The notes under the pieces: generated by a model
The model's input: the letters and a program-made list of their open reading frames with translations, nothing else
Told to the model about the DNA's origin: nothing
The model's database searches: none
From: Antedon mediterranea
Taxonomy: Eukaryota; Animalia; Echinodermata
NCBI RefSeq assembly: GCF_964355755.1
Contig: NC_092677.1
Coordinates: 13,104,101-13,168,100, forward strand
Direction of reading: 5' to 3'
Length of the DNA: 64,000 nucleotides
Part shown: positions 10,095 through 24,026 of the stretch, piece by piece
Position numbering within the stretch: the first letter of the stretch is position 1
Layout: each line of letters begins with the position of its first letter
Made by a program: the position numbers and the translations under genes

Positions 10095-13000
10095 CTGCTA
10101 TTTTTTCAAATTCTATGTATCAAATCGCCAGTTTTATCATAGATGAATGATGATGATCTTTATGGACTGTAATAATGGCAAACAAGCCTTTAGAAAAGCT
10201 GCATAAATGTAAATGAATGTACGGTACTGTGAATATCAGTGTGTTGTTTTAAAGCTTCCTTATTTGTAAGAGTAAGTCATAGTTAGCACGATGATCAAAA
10301 TATATTTAATAATTAAAAGTTATAATTGGAAAACAATGATTAGAAATACATACAACAGGTGGTAATATAGTTTTCAACGGATGGTAAGATAAATGTGAGG
10401 TAATTGTATGCATCATAATGTCATCACAATTATACTTAATACGAATAAATTATAAAAATATGGGTCTAGTGGTTTGGCATAATATACCTAGAATTCCGGG
10501 CCTCATAAAATCTACAACAAACGGCAATACGTTATGCGCATGCGTACCTATTCTCAGTAAGCATGTACACGTAGAGTATTACTCGCTCAACACGACTACT
10601 TCACCAATAAATATTTCATTAAAATAATTCTCTGATACTTGTTTCGCGCTAAGCAACATCGGAAACAATGTCAGTATAATGCACTGAAGGTGAGCCAGCT
10701 ACAACGTACAGTATGTCCAACAGTTGTATTCATTCATATTCTGTAATTCATTGGTATCGTATATCTCATTAACATTTCCATTAACATCCCGTCAAAATTA
10801 ATTTATCAGTCAGATAACGTAGAATTACACGGCTTGTAGTAATTGTATTGATAGTCATAAATCGCAGCTTCATGATAATATGTTCGTGCAAAATTAAAAA
10901 TCTTCGATTTATGGCTACGTTTTTCTAAATAAAAAAAACCCTGCAGATTAAATACGCTAGCCTACCATACTTAGCTAATCCTTTTCTGTAGCACGGTATA
11001 CAATACACTTAAATTGAAGACTGATAGGTAACTTTAAAATGTTAAATACGTCAGGAAATATTATATTAGCTTCACAACATAGAAAAGTAGCGCCATCAAC
11101 TATTATTTATTTTGTACCCAATACAATTGCTAGACGTCCACCATTTCCCTCTATTTTGTGTTACATGTCCTGATTGTGAAAAAATTAATACATTTTAAGA
11201 TAAATTTTGATTGGCTTATATTTTATGATTGTGATTAATAATATTTGATATTGGTAATAATCTATAATAATATTATATGCCAGAAATATTGTATCATATG
11301 ACGTTGATGTGTGCATTATATAATGCTATTGTATTGAAAATTCGTTGAATAATGTACCTTTTGTACTGTATTATATTAGTTTCATCTTCCGGTCCTTGAT
11401 TGGAAAGGTAAGTAAGACTCAACTCATTCAATTATATTTTGATTGATTTCCGAAATATGATCACGCTGGAATATGAATGAATGGTAGGAGATTAGAGGAT
11501 AAACAAGACGGGCTAGGCAGGCTGCACTATTTTTTTAAAACCATATAGTTAAGTATGGCATAGACAGAGGCTGATATGGAAGAAGTTAAAATAATGATAT
11601 GCTTACATTCAAGTTCATTTCCAGAAAAGTCTATTATAACACACCTGAGTAGATTGGAGAATTGTGGGTCATATGATTTTCAATAACTACTCTATTGAAC
11701 TGTTACGTCATCGAGATCGTCATCGTTATAATTTGAGTGCAATTTTGTTTTGCGTGTTCATTTTTGTTGCAGATTAAGCAACTACATGCGCGACACGAGG
11801 CTATAGGCTGTCTGGAGTGTGCGCCATCTTGTTTTTGAATGTTTTATGGAACAAATAAATTCATTTGCTTCATGAAATATAACCGGACATCTTTCAGAGC
11901 ATGAAATTATTTGTTCTATTGCACTCATAAACTTTCATTATTTGTATATTAGTTAATAGAAAAGACACGTTATTAACAGTAATTGTATCGACATCGTTAA
12001 GAACACATAATGGAATCTCAAGTTTTTACTATTTTGATAAAAAAAATGTTTTCACTACAAGATGACGTGATGTTTAAGGTAACTTAACCACGTACAATTA
12101 CACGTTTCATAACTCGGTTTTATAGTTGATAGTATATTTATTTGTCATATTCTTGTTCGATCATTATGCATATAAATCATACAAGAATAACAACGATAAT
12201 ATTAAATGCTACACTGTACTCAGAGGGTTCTACGATATAATTAACAACCTGCTTAATGCACGGATTATATTTCACCAAATCAATACAGTAAATATTATTT
12301 TAAGTAATATTTTGATGTGCCCATAATCACTTTGGCAGTATACAGTATGCAATTGGCTGTAATGAGGTTACTGCGATTTTTTATGACAATACTGAATATT
12401 ATTACCCATGCTGTTTAGTGCCACCCTCACTAAATAAGGTTTAATGAAAATAAAATAAATAAATAAATTGTAATATTCAGGAAAGTGTAAAATTATGTAT
12501 ATCTCTTGTGACATCACATTATGGAATGCTTCAGTTATAATCTTAAACAAATTAATCGGTTTTGACAAACAACAATTAATTGTTTTGTTAGTACCATGCA
12601 TTGTACATGGTCAATAAAATATATTGAATTTCTAAAATTTCTCACGGCATTATCATACTTGAAAACTTCTAAATAATTGCCGACATTCTTCATATCTTCT
12701 GCATTTATAAGCATTTATGGTTGGCATTATGCAGAGTAAAATAAATTTCATAACGACAGATACTAGTCGATATCCTATTAATTTATATTCATTGGATATT
12801 CATAAAAGAACGTAGCCTTTGGGTCTGCTGTACCACTGGGAAATACATATAACGAAGTATAAAAACAAACTATGAGTATTAATATTAAGTAGAAATACAA
12901 ATCTTTAAGATATACTGTACATAATTTTATATTATATTTCAATAGCACGATTAACATATATGTTTTACGTTTATTTTTGTTATATCAGGTCAGAGGTTAT

Positions 13001-15942
13001 ACAAACAAAATAGATATATCCGCAATGTACAAAACTAGGAAAAATAGCAAATAACACGAGAAAAATTTTCCAGGTTAAATAAGTGTGGAAATGAGATTAA
13101 AAAGTTGGTTATTATGCCGATACTTTATATTTTAATGTATTTACATTATAAAGGCAAGTTAAATCTGAAAACCCATTGAAAGAAATGTTTAATAGCTATA
13201 AGAACTTTATGGTAGGCCTACTAATAATAAACATGTCGCTATTCATGTAAAAGCCTACCATTATTATTATAATGCACGGTCTCTGTCTATGAATGGTTCC
13301 AAAAAGGCTTTTAACTGAAATGTTCGTTACGTTTAGCGTCCACTTCGTGCCTTTAATGCGAAAGGTTTATCATCATGAGGTGCGATTGTCGCCATAATTG
13401 TGCACAAACCAAAATAATATAATGATCTATGAATTTACGAGTGGGCCTAGATCCATGGTCGTATCATGTTTAGCAGTACAAAAGAATGTGTTTCTGGCTG
13501 GCCTATAAACGAATTTCCAAATTTTACGGAACTCTAAAGAGTTGCTGCTGCAATACTAGCACCATGTCTATTAAATACTACTACTACTACATAATATACA
13601 CATATTCACTTTATCTTAGATTACAGTGTATATCTTAATGCAAACCGTAAGCATTAAATCTTTATCGTCACATCGAATTAGCATATCAGCCCTACTTCAG
13701 TCTAGGATTTGTTAAAACATAACTTGAAAAGGTGAGCATTTAATAATTATGTACCGTAATTAAACATAATATAAAGATAAATCTATCCTGACTTCCTTTG
13801 AACTCAGTCACGGTATTTGTGTGATGTGTGTTCATTTTTCGAGAACAAGATATTGCAGTTATATTGAATTTGATTCAGACCTGCTCCTTGCTCCTAATAA
13901 TATTCTTGTCCGAATTATTTTACAATTTACTTCATAAGCCATAGGCACGAAAACACGAGGGGATCGTCTCCGAGATACAAAATTAACAAAATGCATCCAT
14001 GAATGTGACGGTTAGACCAGTATGTAACATTCAAATCAACATTGATATATTTGGTAGTTACACGTGAAGACATAAGAAGCATATACAAATTAATTCCGTT
14101 TTGTCCACGCGCGCCGCGTACGAAAGCCGTTTTCCAACAGCGGTGTCGAATAAAGTACCGCGTCATACAAACACAAACTCACTGATAAGTTGACATGCTA
14201 GAGACAGGTATTCTAAATTTGAATTACAACTCGGTGCCAAATGTTTTCTAATATTAATCAAAGTGTTAAAACTACGACTGAAGAAGTATCGTTCGATTAA
14301 TATTGATTTACCGATTTTTATAATACCATGTGTCGGCTGTAATAGCTAAATGTATATTTCACAGTAGACCTATATTAAGGGTTTTACTTCGTAAAATGTT
14401 AACTAGTCTAATAACGATGATATTTCATCATTTCTATTCATTTTTTGGTCAGTTCTTTATTTGTATTACATAAAACATGTAAACATGAAGATGTGGAATA
14501 CTTGATTACACATCACTTTCTATTTTGTAGTACCAAACAATATAACAAAGTAGCCACTGTGTCTCGTTTGACGTCTTAATACGTTTAGAGAAATTCAACA
14601 ATAACACATTGACCTATTTTATTGGAAAAACAGTAATAAACATAATAGGGGTTAAAGGTCATGTTTTAAATAAACAAAATTGACGATGTGCGAATGCTGA
14701 CATTACAGATAATGTTACCACATAAATGCCACTTGCCCGTGTAAGTTGTGATTAATGTGTGGAATGTCCGATAACCTCTTGGTTTGCTCTTGGTGTCCAC
14801 AAACTCAGTTTTATTTGAAAGGTTACTATATGCAATTAAGTAAAAATAATAATAACTATATGAAATTAAGTACGGTAATAATTAATAAAATATAAATAAC
14901 AAATAAGTGAATAATAATAAATCAATTATTCAATATTTAAATAAGTCCACTACGTACAATACTAACTTTAGAAGTACGCAGTTACACAATACTCAGCATA
15001 ATTAACTTACATTAGATCATTTTGCCAAAATAAACAATAAAAATTACTGATAATAAAGGTTTAGCACAATTGAAACTAGTTTAGCAAATTTGAAAACCTG
15101 AAACGTCATCATAGACTGACGTAATTGATTCTGTAATATGTATATTTCTGTTGATTTTGGATTACTATGAAAAGTAGCAAGGAATTTGATATTTGGAAGA
15201 TCAGCTGTAAAAAGCCACGCTTGACCTACATTGGTTTATAGACCTAAATAGTAAACTAATAGCAAACGTTTGTGTGGTTTTATCGCTACATAGATGAATT
15301 AGTATGAAAATAATATGATAATGTACTTTTATAGTTAATCGCATGAAAAACATCATTGTGCGGTTGTAATTTGGATAACGGTTTTCCAGCCTTTAGCTAT
15401 TGATGAATATCATTGAAAATATTATCATAAACAACGTTGGCATTTCAGAATCGAATATTCTTTTAGTGATTACTTCGGGAATAATTTAACAGAATAAAAT
15501 ATTTTATAGATATTTTGTCTGGCTTGCATCCATTTAGCTTTCCTAAACTCACCATACAATATATATATATAATTATAAATAAATTAATGTTTTTAACATA
15601 ACACTTTCTTCATGTTTGAATTTGTATTAAAACTAACTACTGTAATACATAATTATTGTATTCTAAAAAAGGTATAACATATAACATGTTTCTAAATACA
15701 GGCCTAAACATAACTGATTACTGTTATCCAACTATGGAATTGAATACGCATTCAATCAGTCAATTTTCGAGGAACAAACGCGTATTTGCACAATTTAACT
15801 AAAAATATTATTAAATGTCGATAGGCGGCGCTATAACAATGCTTATTTTCCTTAGAGTCAAGTATCGTTACTTTCACATTGAGTGGAAATTGGGATATAA
15901 GACCACAATAAAATCCGAAAACGTTTGATTTAATAGTATTTG

Positions 15943-15946
<4 letters not shown>

Positions 15947-15994
<48 letters not shown>
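15947..15994. repeat. (TA)n microsatellite
   Basis: Pure TA run of about 24 units directly upstream of the RTE fragment. Confidence 0.95.
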
Positions 15995-15995
<1 letters not shown>

Positions 15996-15997
<2 letters not shown>

Positions 15998-16450
15998 GCA
16001 GCCAAAGATATCACCAGTTCCACAAAACTTGAACTTTACAAGGTCCTCATACTATTCATTCTTATGTATGAATCTGAAACATGGACACTGCGAAAAGATG
16101 ACGAGAACAAGACTACTCACGTTTAAAATGATCTATCTCAGAAAGATCTTGGGCTTAACCAGACTTGACAAGATCAGAAACACCAAAATCAGAGAAACCC
16201 TTGGGCTGAACGACACCATAATTGAAAGGATGGCCATAAAGAGGCTCTGGTATTTTGGACATGTCAATAGGATGCCATCCACAAGATATCCAAATCTACT
16301 CTTGGACGCAATTGTGCAAGGAACTAGACCACGAGGGAGACCAGCCAAGAAATGGTTATACTGTGTAAAGGCAGACTGTACATCAAGAAACCAAGGCAAG
16401 AGGTCATGAAACAGAAGCCATCACAAGTTTCCCAGACGGCTTAGGTCAAG
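15996..16450 (+). mobile_element. RTE-clade non-LTR retrotransposon 3' fragment (frameshifted)
   Basis: Translates LYESETWTL (one frame), then YLRKILGLTRLDKIRNTKIR...RLWYFGHVNRM...GTRPRGRPAKKW, typical RTE C-terminal motifs. Confidence 0.85.
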
Positions 16451-17715
16451 GTATAAATATAAAGAATTTAAACACATGCAAAGTCAGCTAAACTGCAGAA
16501 AAATGATTCATAAAGACCACGTTAATTTAGACAAAACCAACATGGAAACCTAGTCTACACTAAGAACATCATGCCTACAAAACCATCGTGTTTATAAACT
16601 TCTGTGATGCCTGTCTATACTAGCTAATAAAGGCTTTCGTCTAGTCCATATGACTACAAGAATGTTTCGTTAAGGTCACAATCTCTGAAAACTATAAGTT
16701 TTCAAAGGTGCGGGGCCTATTTCCGTATAGATAAAATTCTGTGAACATAATTATTTAAAAGCAAACATTCTGTGAAAATTTCTTCTCAAACCACAAGTAG
16801 TAATAAAATATAAATAAGTAGATGTTCTGTTGGTTTATTTTGTGGGCTATTTTGTGTTTGCGACTAAAGTTGCAATAAAATTACTTACACATTCAAGAGA
16901 TGTACATGTATGGCTTACTACTAAGTATATTTGATGATGTTTCTGATATCAGATATCAATCTAATAGAAAATACAATATTCTACAAAACTGAAATCATAA
17001 TAGACAACGTGGTAGAATTTTTGTGTATATACCACAAGTGAAGGTCAGAGCCTGTAGCTTTGTATGGATTAATCTTACTAATCTACTAAATGTTACATTG
17101 TACAGAGTAAAAATGTATTTGCTTTTTTTTTTCTAATTTTCAGCTCTCATTTCATGAATAATCAGAAATAATGTAAGCAATGAACATAAAAAGAGCTTGA
17201 CTACTATTCGTAAAATTAACCAAATAATATAGATTACAAGTATTAATTGCTCATTATTCTGTTATTTCCAATCGTGTGAATTATAACATTTTAATAGTAC
17301 AACTGAAGAAACCAGGCCTATCATATAATGTATTTATACATATTATGAGGGAGCTTTCGATTTGCAATGACCAAGGACCTCCTATGTCAGGTCAATTGAT
17401 GTGTCGTGGTCGCAGAAACTCTGAAACCAGCGTATAGAAATGAGGCACGAGGACACTCGTATCATTATTCCCGCATGCGTACAATTAACTAAAATGACGT
17501 ACAGTAAAGCACACATAAATTTGGACTACTACATGATGCCTCTCTAATTACGTCTAACTGATGCCACCAAATATTATTGCTAAAACCACCAATTGTGACA
17601 TTTTTGCTGCTACCATGCATGTGCTTCTGATATAAACGGTTACTGTTGTCAAATATTGCCAAAAGTTCCGTAGCTGCTTCTGGTATCTACTATACTACTA
17701 CCTCAACAGCTACTT

Positions 17716-18300
17716 AACAAGGCCATATAGATAGCTGCAGTCGCGTGCTTAGTGTTTACCGACCGACCAACCAACCTACCAACTGACCGAAATTACTGAA
17801 CATGTTTAAAAATGTTGAAATGTTTAAAAACAGTTATATTTTTTTTAATTTACACGTGCGTAGCCTGTCACTTTTGACGTGCTCGTATAACGTAATTTCG
17901 AGTTGAAAAGTAAGTCAAGAAAACAGAAATCGGGCAAAAAGAGTGCGCAACAACATTTAACGCACAGTGCGCGCGCAAAAATCTGCGCACTCATGGCAAT
18001 TTTGTAAACGCTTAAAATTGCCTGAAACGTACTCTTATTTCATCGAAAATAAATTTTGAAAATTTTAAGCGCGCGTACGCATGCGTTACATGCGCTACGC
18101 ACGTAATTGTATTGCCATATGATGATTTATGCCCTGAAATTTATGAGTACCAAATTTTATCTATATGGCTTTGTTTCCTATAATTTTCATCAAATATATA
18201 GTGAGATAGTTATTGAGTTAGTTATAGAATCTAGACAAAATGTCCAGAACATGAAAATTAACTTCCGAAAACCGAACCAGTTCAACATTTCATCATGCAC
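17716..18300 (+). mobile_element. Longer copy of the AACAAGGCCATATA/(CCGA)n family with a CpG-rich internal part
   Basis: Starts aacaaggccatatagatagctgcagtcgcgtgc, then ccgaccgacc repeats, then a GCGC-rich segment (17870-18105). Right boundary uncertain. Confidence 0.45.
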
Positions 18301-18641
18301 TATTTAAATGCGCAAATTTCCTTAGATTTGTGTATAGCTAATTAAAAGAAATATTTTAAGCGCGTTGATAATATATATGTGAATTAGACTGTTTTCTTTG
18401 ATGTTAAATTGTCAAAGTAAACGATGAAAAATATTGATATTTTGGAAGTCTGTGACCTTGACGATCTTAATTAAAAAAAGTAAACATTTCTACTTCACAG
18501 TCTTCTGAAATCTACAGGATTAGTAGTTGCTAAGATAATATATTGACAGATATTGCATAGATTTTGTTTCGCCTTTAGAGCAAACGTTGTACTTTGTTTA
18601 CATAAAATGTTATAATAACTGCTAACCACTCTACGTTGAAT

Positions 18642-18683
18642 CATGGAGGTATCAAATTAAAATACTAATGTTATACATCCATG
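18642..18683. mobile_element. Second P-type CATGG...CCATG mini element / footprint
   Basis: gttgaat|CATGGAGGTATCAAATTA...TAATGTTATACATCCATG|gtcgaat. Imperfect ~18-bp arms and a 7-bp TSD with 1 mismatch. Confidence 0.6.
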
Positions 18684-20021
18684 GTCGAATCCTCTGCACA
18701 AACACTTTTATATTTTCCTGGAAGGAAATTAGAACATAAACCATTCCCAAAAGTCATAGACATTTGGATTGCTTTATTAATAACTAGGCCCACTGATCCA
18801 CTGCCAGAACGTAAAGGAAAAAACCTCTAGTGCTGATATGAGTAGGCCTACCAGTAAATACCTAGGCCTACACTTTCACCGAAACTAAATGACCTACGAA
18901 TGCATTGAACCTGTGTATATTTGATTTAATCGACATGCAGTATATTGTTCAGATATTATACAGGGATAGAAGGATTTACATTCATTTATTAATACAAATG
19001 AATAATTAAAGAGACAATACAGAGATATGATAATTTTCGGACGTTTTACCAATCATTGGAGCGCAAAGGTTAACTCTCGCATAATTTTCAGAAATTTGAT
19101 TTGATTTTTTGAAAACCAAATGCAAAAACAAAACACTATTACAGTAAACATTGAACATGAGAAATCAAACATTAATTTTTTTTCTCTATATTCATCGTAT
19201 AGGCCTATAGGCCTATAATACTTTTTGTAGCAAGCACGAGTTATTTAACACGGGCTTTTTGCTAATATTGTACACTTTTAACAGAAAAGTTTTAACATTT
19301 GGTAACACACGATGTTATTGGAAATAATAACAATAAAATTTCACATTTTATTTTTCTAATGTTTATATTACAATAAAAATCCTACAACATTAAAACAATA
19401 TTTTACATTCTTAAATAATCATCGGTATCTTTGTCTGTAGATTTGGGCATCTTGCACACTTTTATTATGGCATGATATAGCATAGCACGTCGTTAGAAGA
19501 TGGAATATTTGTCAAGTAAATTTAATAACTTTACGAAAATACATAATTCAATAAAAAAAGGAATATTTTCAATTTCGTTGCCCACTATAAGGTTTTTTTT
19601 ATAGAACAATTATTGAAATTGTATTTGTCCGTTAATGTATATTTGTATTACTTCAATTCAATAGGATACATTAAAGTTATTTGATTTTACAAGCTATAAT
19701 CAACGTCCAGCAAAATTTAAAATCGTAAACCGATTAAAATAATAGTTTAGTATTCATGTCACATAATTTAATAACATGCTTCGAATGCTTTCTTAATGCT
19801 TGCAGACCTTTTTTATAACTTAGAATTAATAAATATCTCTCTACTATTACATATTTGTTTATATATAAAAATTTCGGCAAAAATGTAATTTTGAACATCA
19901 CATTGTTTGAAACCATTGTAGTACTTCAGTACTTTTAAAAAGAATATATCTAGGTCAATTTTTACAAAATCACCAATTCACATTATATTGACTTAAAGAT
20001 GTATTGACTCTCAAAAACATG

Positions 20022-20370
20022 AACAAGGCCATATACATGACTGCAGTCGCGTGCGCAAATTCGAGTTAGTGTTTACCGACCGACCATAACTTGAATAATA
20101 ATTAAATAATTTTAATATGCATTGTGGGTACTTTCCTATCCAAATTTGAACATCACATTTAACCTATCGTACCACAATAAAATTGCCTAAACATACAATC
20201 AATTGCTGCAGTCGCGTGCGAAAATTTGAGTTAGTGTTTACCGACCGACCATAACTTAGAATAATTTGAATGTGCATTGTGGGTACTTTCCTATCCAAAT
20301 TCGAACATCACATTTATCCTATCGTTTATCTACCACCACAATAAAATTGCCTAAACACACAATCAATTGA
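20022..20370 (+). repeat. Local tandem duplication (~165 bp x2) containing the AACAAGGCC/(CCGA)n family head
   Basis: ctgcagtcgcgtgcg...ccgaccgaccataactt...cattgtgggtactttcctatccaaat...ccacaataaaattgcctaaac is repeated at 20041 and 20206. Confidence 0.85.
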
Positions 20371-21597
20371 AAAACACGGTCAACTCTAGATTTTCTCGAA
20401 ATTCTGCTTTTTAGTAATTACGTATACGTGTTCTGAACGAGAACTAATAACAACATACATCAAGTAGATATATTGTTGCGTTTTTATCGGATGGAATGTT
20501 ACAATATACTTCTATCAAACGTAGTTACTTCATTGGCAAATGATGTATTGAGTAACAATTTAACTAAAATAGTTTATATATCATATGAATAATATCATTT
20601 CGAAGAAAGATTAAAACAATTTCATAGTTGTATCCATCAATGTCACTACTTTATCATATTTTGTATAGGCCTATATTTAAAATGTAATGCATTATATTTT
20701 TTGGCCCAGGCCATGAAAATAAACTAATTTAAATAATCTAATGACGCAATAATCACAATAAAATCAACTCAATAATTAATTCTAGATTATTATTTATACT
20801 AATCAATTTCAAACAAGAAAAGATTGGAAAATATATAAAAATATATGTATAAACACATTAGGCAAAGAACATTAATGCTAAACCGCCCGGTGATATACTG
20901 AATTTAATTAATTAATTTGAAACGATAAAGATGAGGAAATCTGTGTATATATAATATTGGATAATACTGAACCATGAATCGTAATACTAGACAAGCATGT
21001 AAATATAAATATCTATATGCAGCACTTTTTCTCTGTAATTTAAGTTCCTTCTTGCCTGAATTGAAATATGCGCATAGAGAATTCGAAAGAGACACTTAAT
21101 ATGAAAGCAGAAAATTCACGGACTGTGTGTTTTCTGTTAACGACAGTAGACTTAATTATGTGAAGATGCAGCAAAAGAACGGTTGAAAGGCGCTATGTTA
21201 AAAAGTACCGCAAAATAATCAACATTTAATCAATATTTGAAATCTAGTAACGAGGTGCTATCGTGTAGAGAAATTACTTTTAATAATACTTTTCACTTGA
21301 ACGAGCGAATGTATGCCTAAAGCTTCGATGCGCTATACATAAGAAATCAAATCAGAACATTCCAGTAGAATGTAAATTAAAAAGTTGAGGTTTCAGAAGA
21401 TGTTAGAATATTTAATTTTTTTTACCGGATGTCAGTCGTTATGTTATCATCACCTTACACTGTATTTGACAGAAGAGATTCAAATCTTAAAGAACATTTT
21501 AATAGAGTCCTGATTTGAAGGCCTAACTTTATGTTAAAGTATTACATATCACTAATGATAATTGTACTAGGCCCAACCACTCACTTTTCAGTCATTA

Positions 21598-21728
21598 CGG
21601 ATTGGACCCCATTGGAAATAAGTTTACTTTTTTGTCGACTTAATGGGTTATCCAGGTATTCTTTTAATACATTGTATATTTTAACTTTTTATGTATGAAT
21701 ATCGAACAAAATCAATCAATCAATCAAT
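21598..21728 (+). mobile_element. Probable LINE 3'-UTR remnant with (TCAA)n tail
   Basis: Stem-loop-like ggaccccattgg...aatgggttatcc, then a T-rich stretch, then a tcaatcaatcaatcaat tail. Confidence 0.35.
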
Positions 21729-22859
21729 GGTGAAATTTGAATAAATGTTTTAACATGACTGTTTTAGCGTGCAAACACAATAAAATTGTTGAAAATATGC
21801 GTTGACTATCTGTATACAAACTGAATGTGTACATGAATTTCGACAATTTCAATTCTGCAATGAGTATTAATCAACTCAACATTGGACAACCGGATTTATT
21901 CATATTGCCATTTTATGAAATACATTCTAATTCATAATATTCATTCATTCACCAGTGGAAAATTACTTCAATGTATATTCATTTGCATATGAAATATATA
22001 CATAGACATTATATTTGCTTTGAGATATACAAAAACAGATTAATGAAAAGCAAAAACAATTACGAAGTGTCACATCACTCTCCTACGGTATACAGACCAA
22101 CATTGAGCTGGATAAAAGTTTCTATGCAACCTATTTGTAGATGAGACGATGGACCGGTAACGTAATACTACTGATCAGGAGAACCAATGGTAATTCCTGT
22201 TACATAGTCCAATAAAAAGGAAAAGTTAAGCAATATACTAAATAACAAACAAAATAAATGGAGTTAAAATCTCGAAGAGGAAGACATCACCTCCATTGCC
22301 AATTATAATAATCGAGTTTACAAAAATATCTTCAACGTCTTTACTATAGTTTCCTGAAGATGTTTTGGGCGCGTGATATTTGGATATGAACGTGTGTTTA
22401 GATCGTCTGATGAAGGTTTCTATTGATTGCCGCCATTAACTACTTTTAATATGTAAAGCGTGTGCTTTTACTTAGATTTTGTCTAATAATTATTCTCACT
22501 TACAATCTTGTAACAAAATGTTTACAGTGATGTTCAAAATACAACAAGGAGAGTAAGAAGACATAGGTGTAAGCTTTTTCATAATATGAGGACAATAAAT
22601 ATACACACACCCTAACACACTGTTGAAAAAGAATGGGAGCAATAAAACTTGTATTTTTATGTATATTCCTTTTACAGTAGGCTTAATTAATCTGATTTTG
22701 CACTTCACAAATGTACATTCTGTGTGATATCTTTCTCATTGCATTAAAAACACAGTGTTTTTTGTATAAAACGTCCTCTTGTTTGACAACAAAACAATTA
22801 AACAGATATTAAACTGTTTAAGTAGCAAAGAATAATAATGTTCAATTTACTATAGCGCA

Positions 22860-23290
22860 AAATCAACAGAAAAAAAGAAGAGCAAAAACTAAAGAAAATG
22901 CAAATTAAAAAGGTGGGATTTCAGGAGTTGTTTGAATGGGGTGAGTGATTCAGCATTCCTGATATAATTTGGAAGGGCGTTCCAGAGAACAGCAGCTGAC
23001 CACGAAAAGGCACGTTGTCCATAAAATGTTAATGGTGGTGCTAATGGTGGTGAAATGTTTTGACATGTTGGGATGCGAAGAACCAGACGGGCAGCAATTT
23101 TCTGAACACGCTGAACTTTAGCGATAGTTTTAGCTGGAAGCCCGGAAAGAAGAGAGTTGCAAGAGTCTAGCCTGGATGAAACAAATGCATGGACCAATAT
23201 TTCTGTCGATTTAGGGTCTAAATACTTTCGAACATGTATAATCTTGCTGATGGAATTCATTGCAGATTTTCAAAAGTTAAAGTATCCACT
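22860..23290 (-). mobile_element. L2/Daphne-type LINE ORF2 3' fragment (internally deleted)
   Basis: ORF 22889-23260: TEILVHAFVSSRLDSCNSLLSGLP...VQRVQKIAARLV...YGQRAFSWSAAVLWNALP...FKQLLKSHLF. The normal middle section is missing. Confidence 0.88.
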
Positions 23291-23745
23291 TGTTGCGTCC
23301 CATGTTAATAGTGGTGAAATATGGTGAAAACGTGAAAAACATTATTGGGGATTTTGAAGAAGTTTATTTATTTAGTTTTTGTGATATATCTGGTGTTTTT
23401 ACAATCTCTCCATTTTGTACCGTAGTAGCAAAGTCCACACTAAGCCCAAATGATTTAGTCTCACAAGTATTATTATATAAAGAAATTGAAAATGACATTG
23501 TTTTTAAAAATAGCTAAACTTTTATTTCGTATCATTTTTTTTTGTTTAAATGAAATCTGTTTTGATATTTATGTATAAAAATAGCCATATATATGTTTTG
23601 TAACTTGAAAAGGTTACTTTATTATTATTTTGTATTACTCTGTAATGTAACCAAGTTAAGTAATGTATACTGTTTTATGAAATATAGAAAATAAAATAAT
23701 AATAATAAAAAAAAAGTATTATTATGGGACTGGTGATAGATTTAA

Positions 23746-24026
23746 ATATGTATTGTTCCCTAAAAACATGACAAATCACTTCCGTAGAAAAAAAAAACTC
23801 GAAAAAATAATGTTTTCAGTTATAAAATGACAAAATAAACTGTTAAATTCAACCAAAAACCAATTGGCCGGCAGCGAATTTGACTATTTTTAAAATATTT
23901 TATAAATATTTTTTTGTCGGTCCAGTTTTTGGTCAAAGTGAATAAACATTTATGTGACAATAAAATGGTATATTCAACAAAAAAATGTGAAAAAAAACCC
24001 AATTTTTTTCAGGGAGACAATACATC
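23746..24026. mobile_element. Kolobok-like non-autonomous element
   Basis: TTAA|ATATGTATTGTTCCCT ... AGGGAGACAATACATC|TTAA. Confidence 0.65.

Noticed and set aside
10630-10672. Minus-strand hammerhead-like ccgatgt-tgc..gc-gaaac
   Set aside because: The catalytic core deviates from CUGANGA and helix I cannot be formed convincingly; the same applies to gatgaagtccgtgggac at about 42490, which lacks GAAA.
11559-13291. CATAGACAGAG ... CTCTGTCTATG as paired P-like termini
   Set aside because: Only an 11-bp match and the flanks (agtatgg vs aatggtt) are not a duplication.
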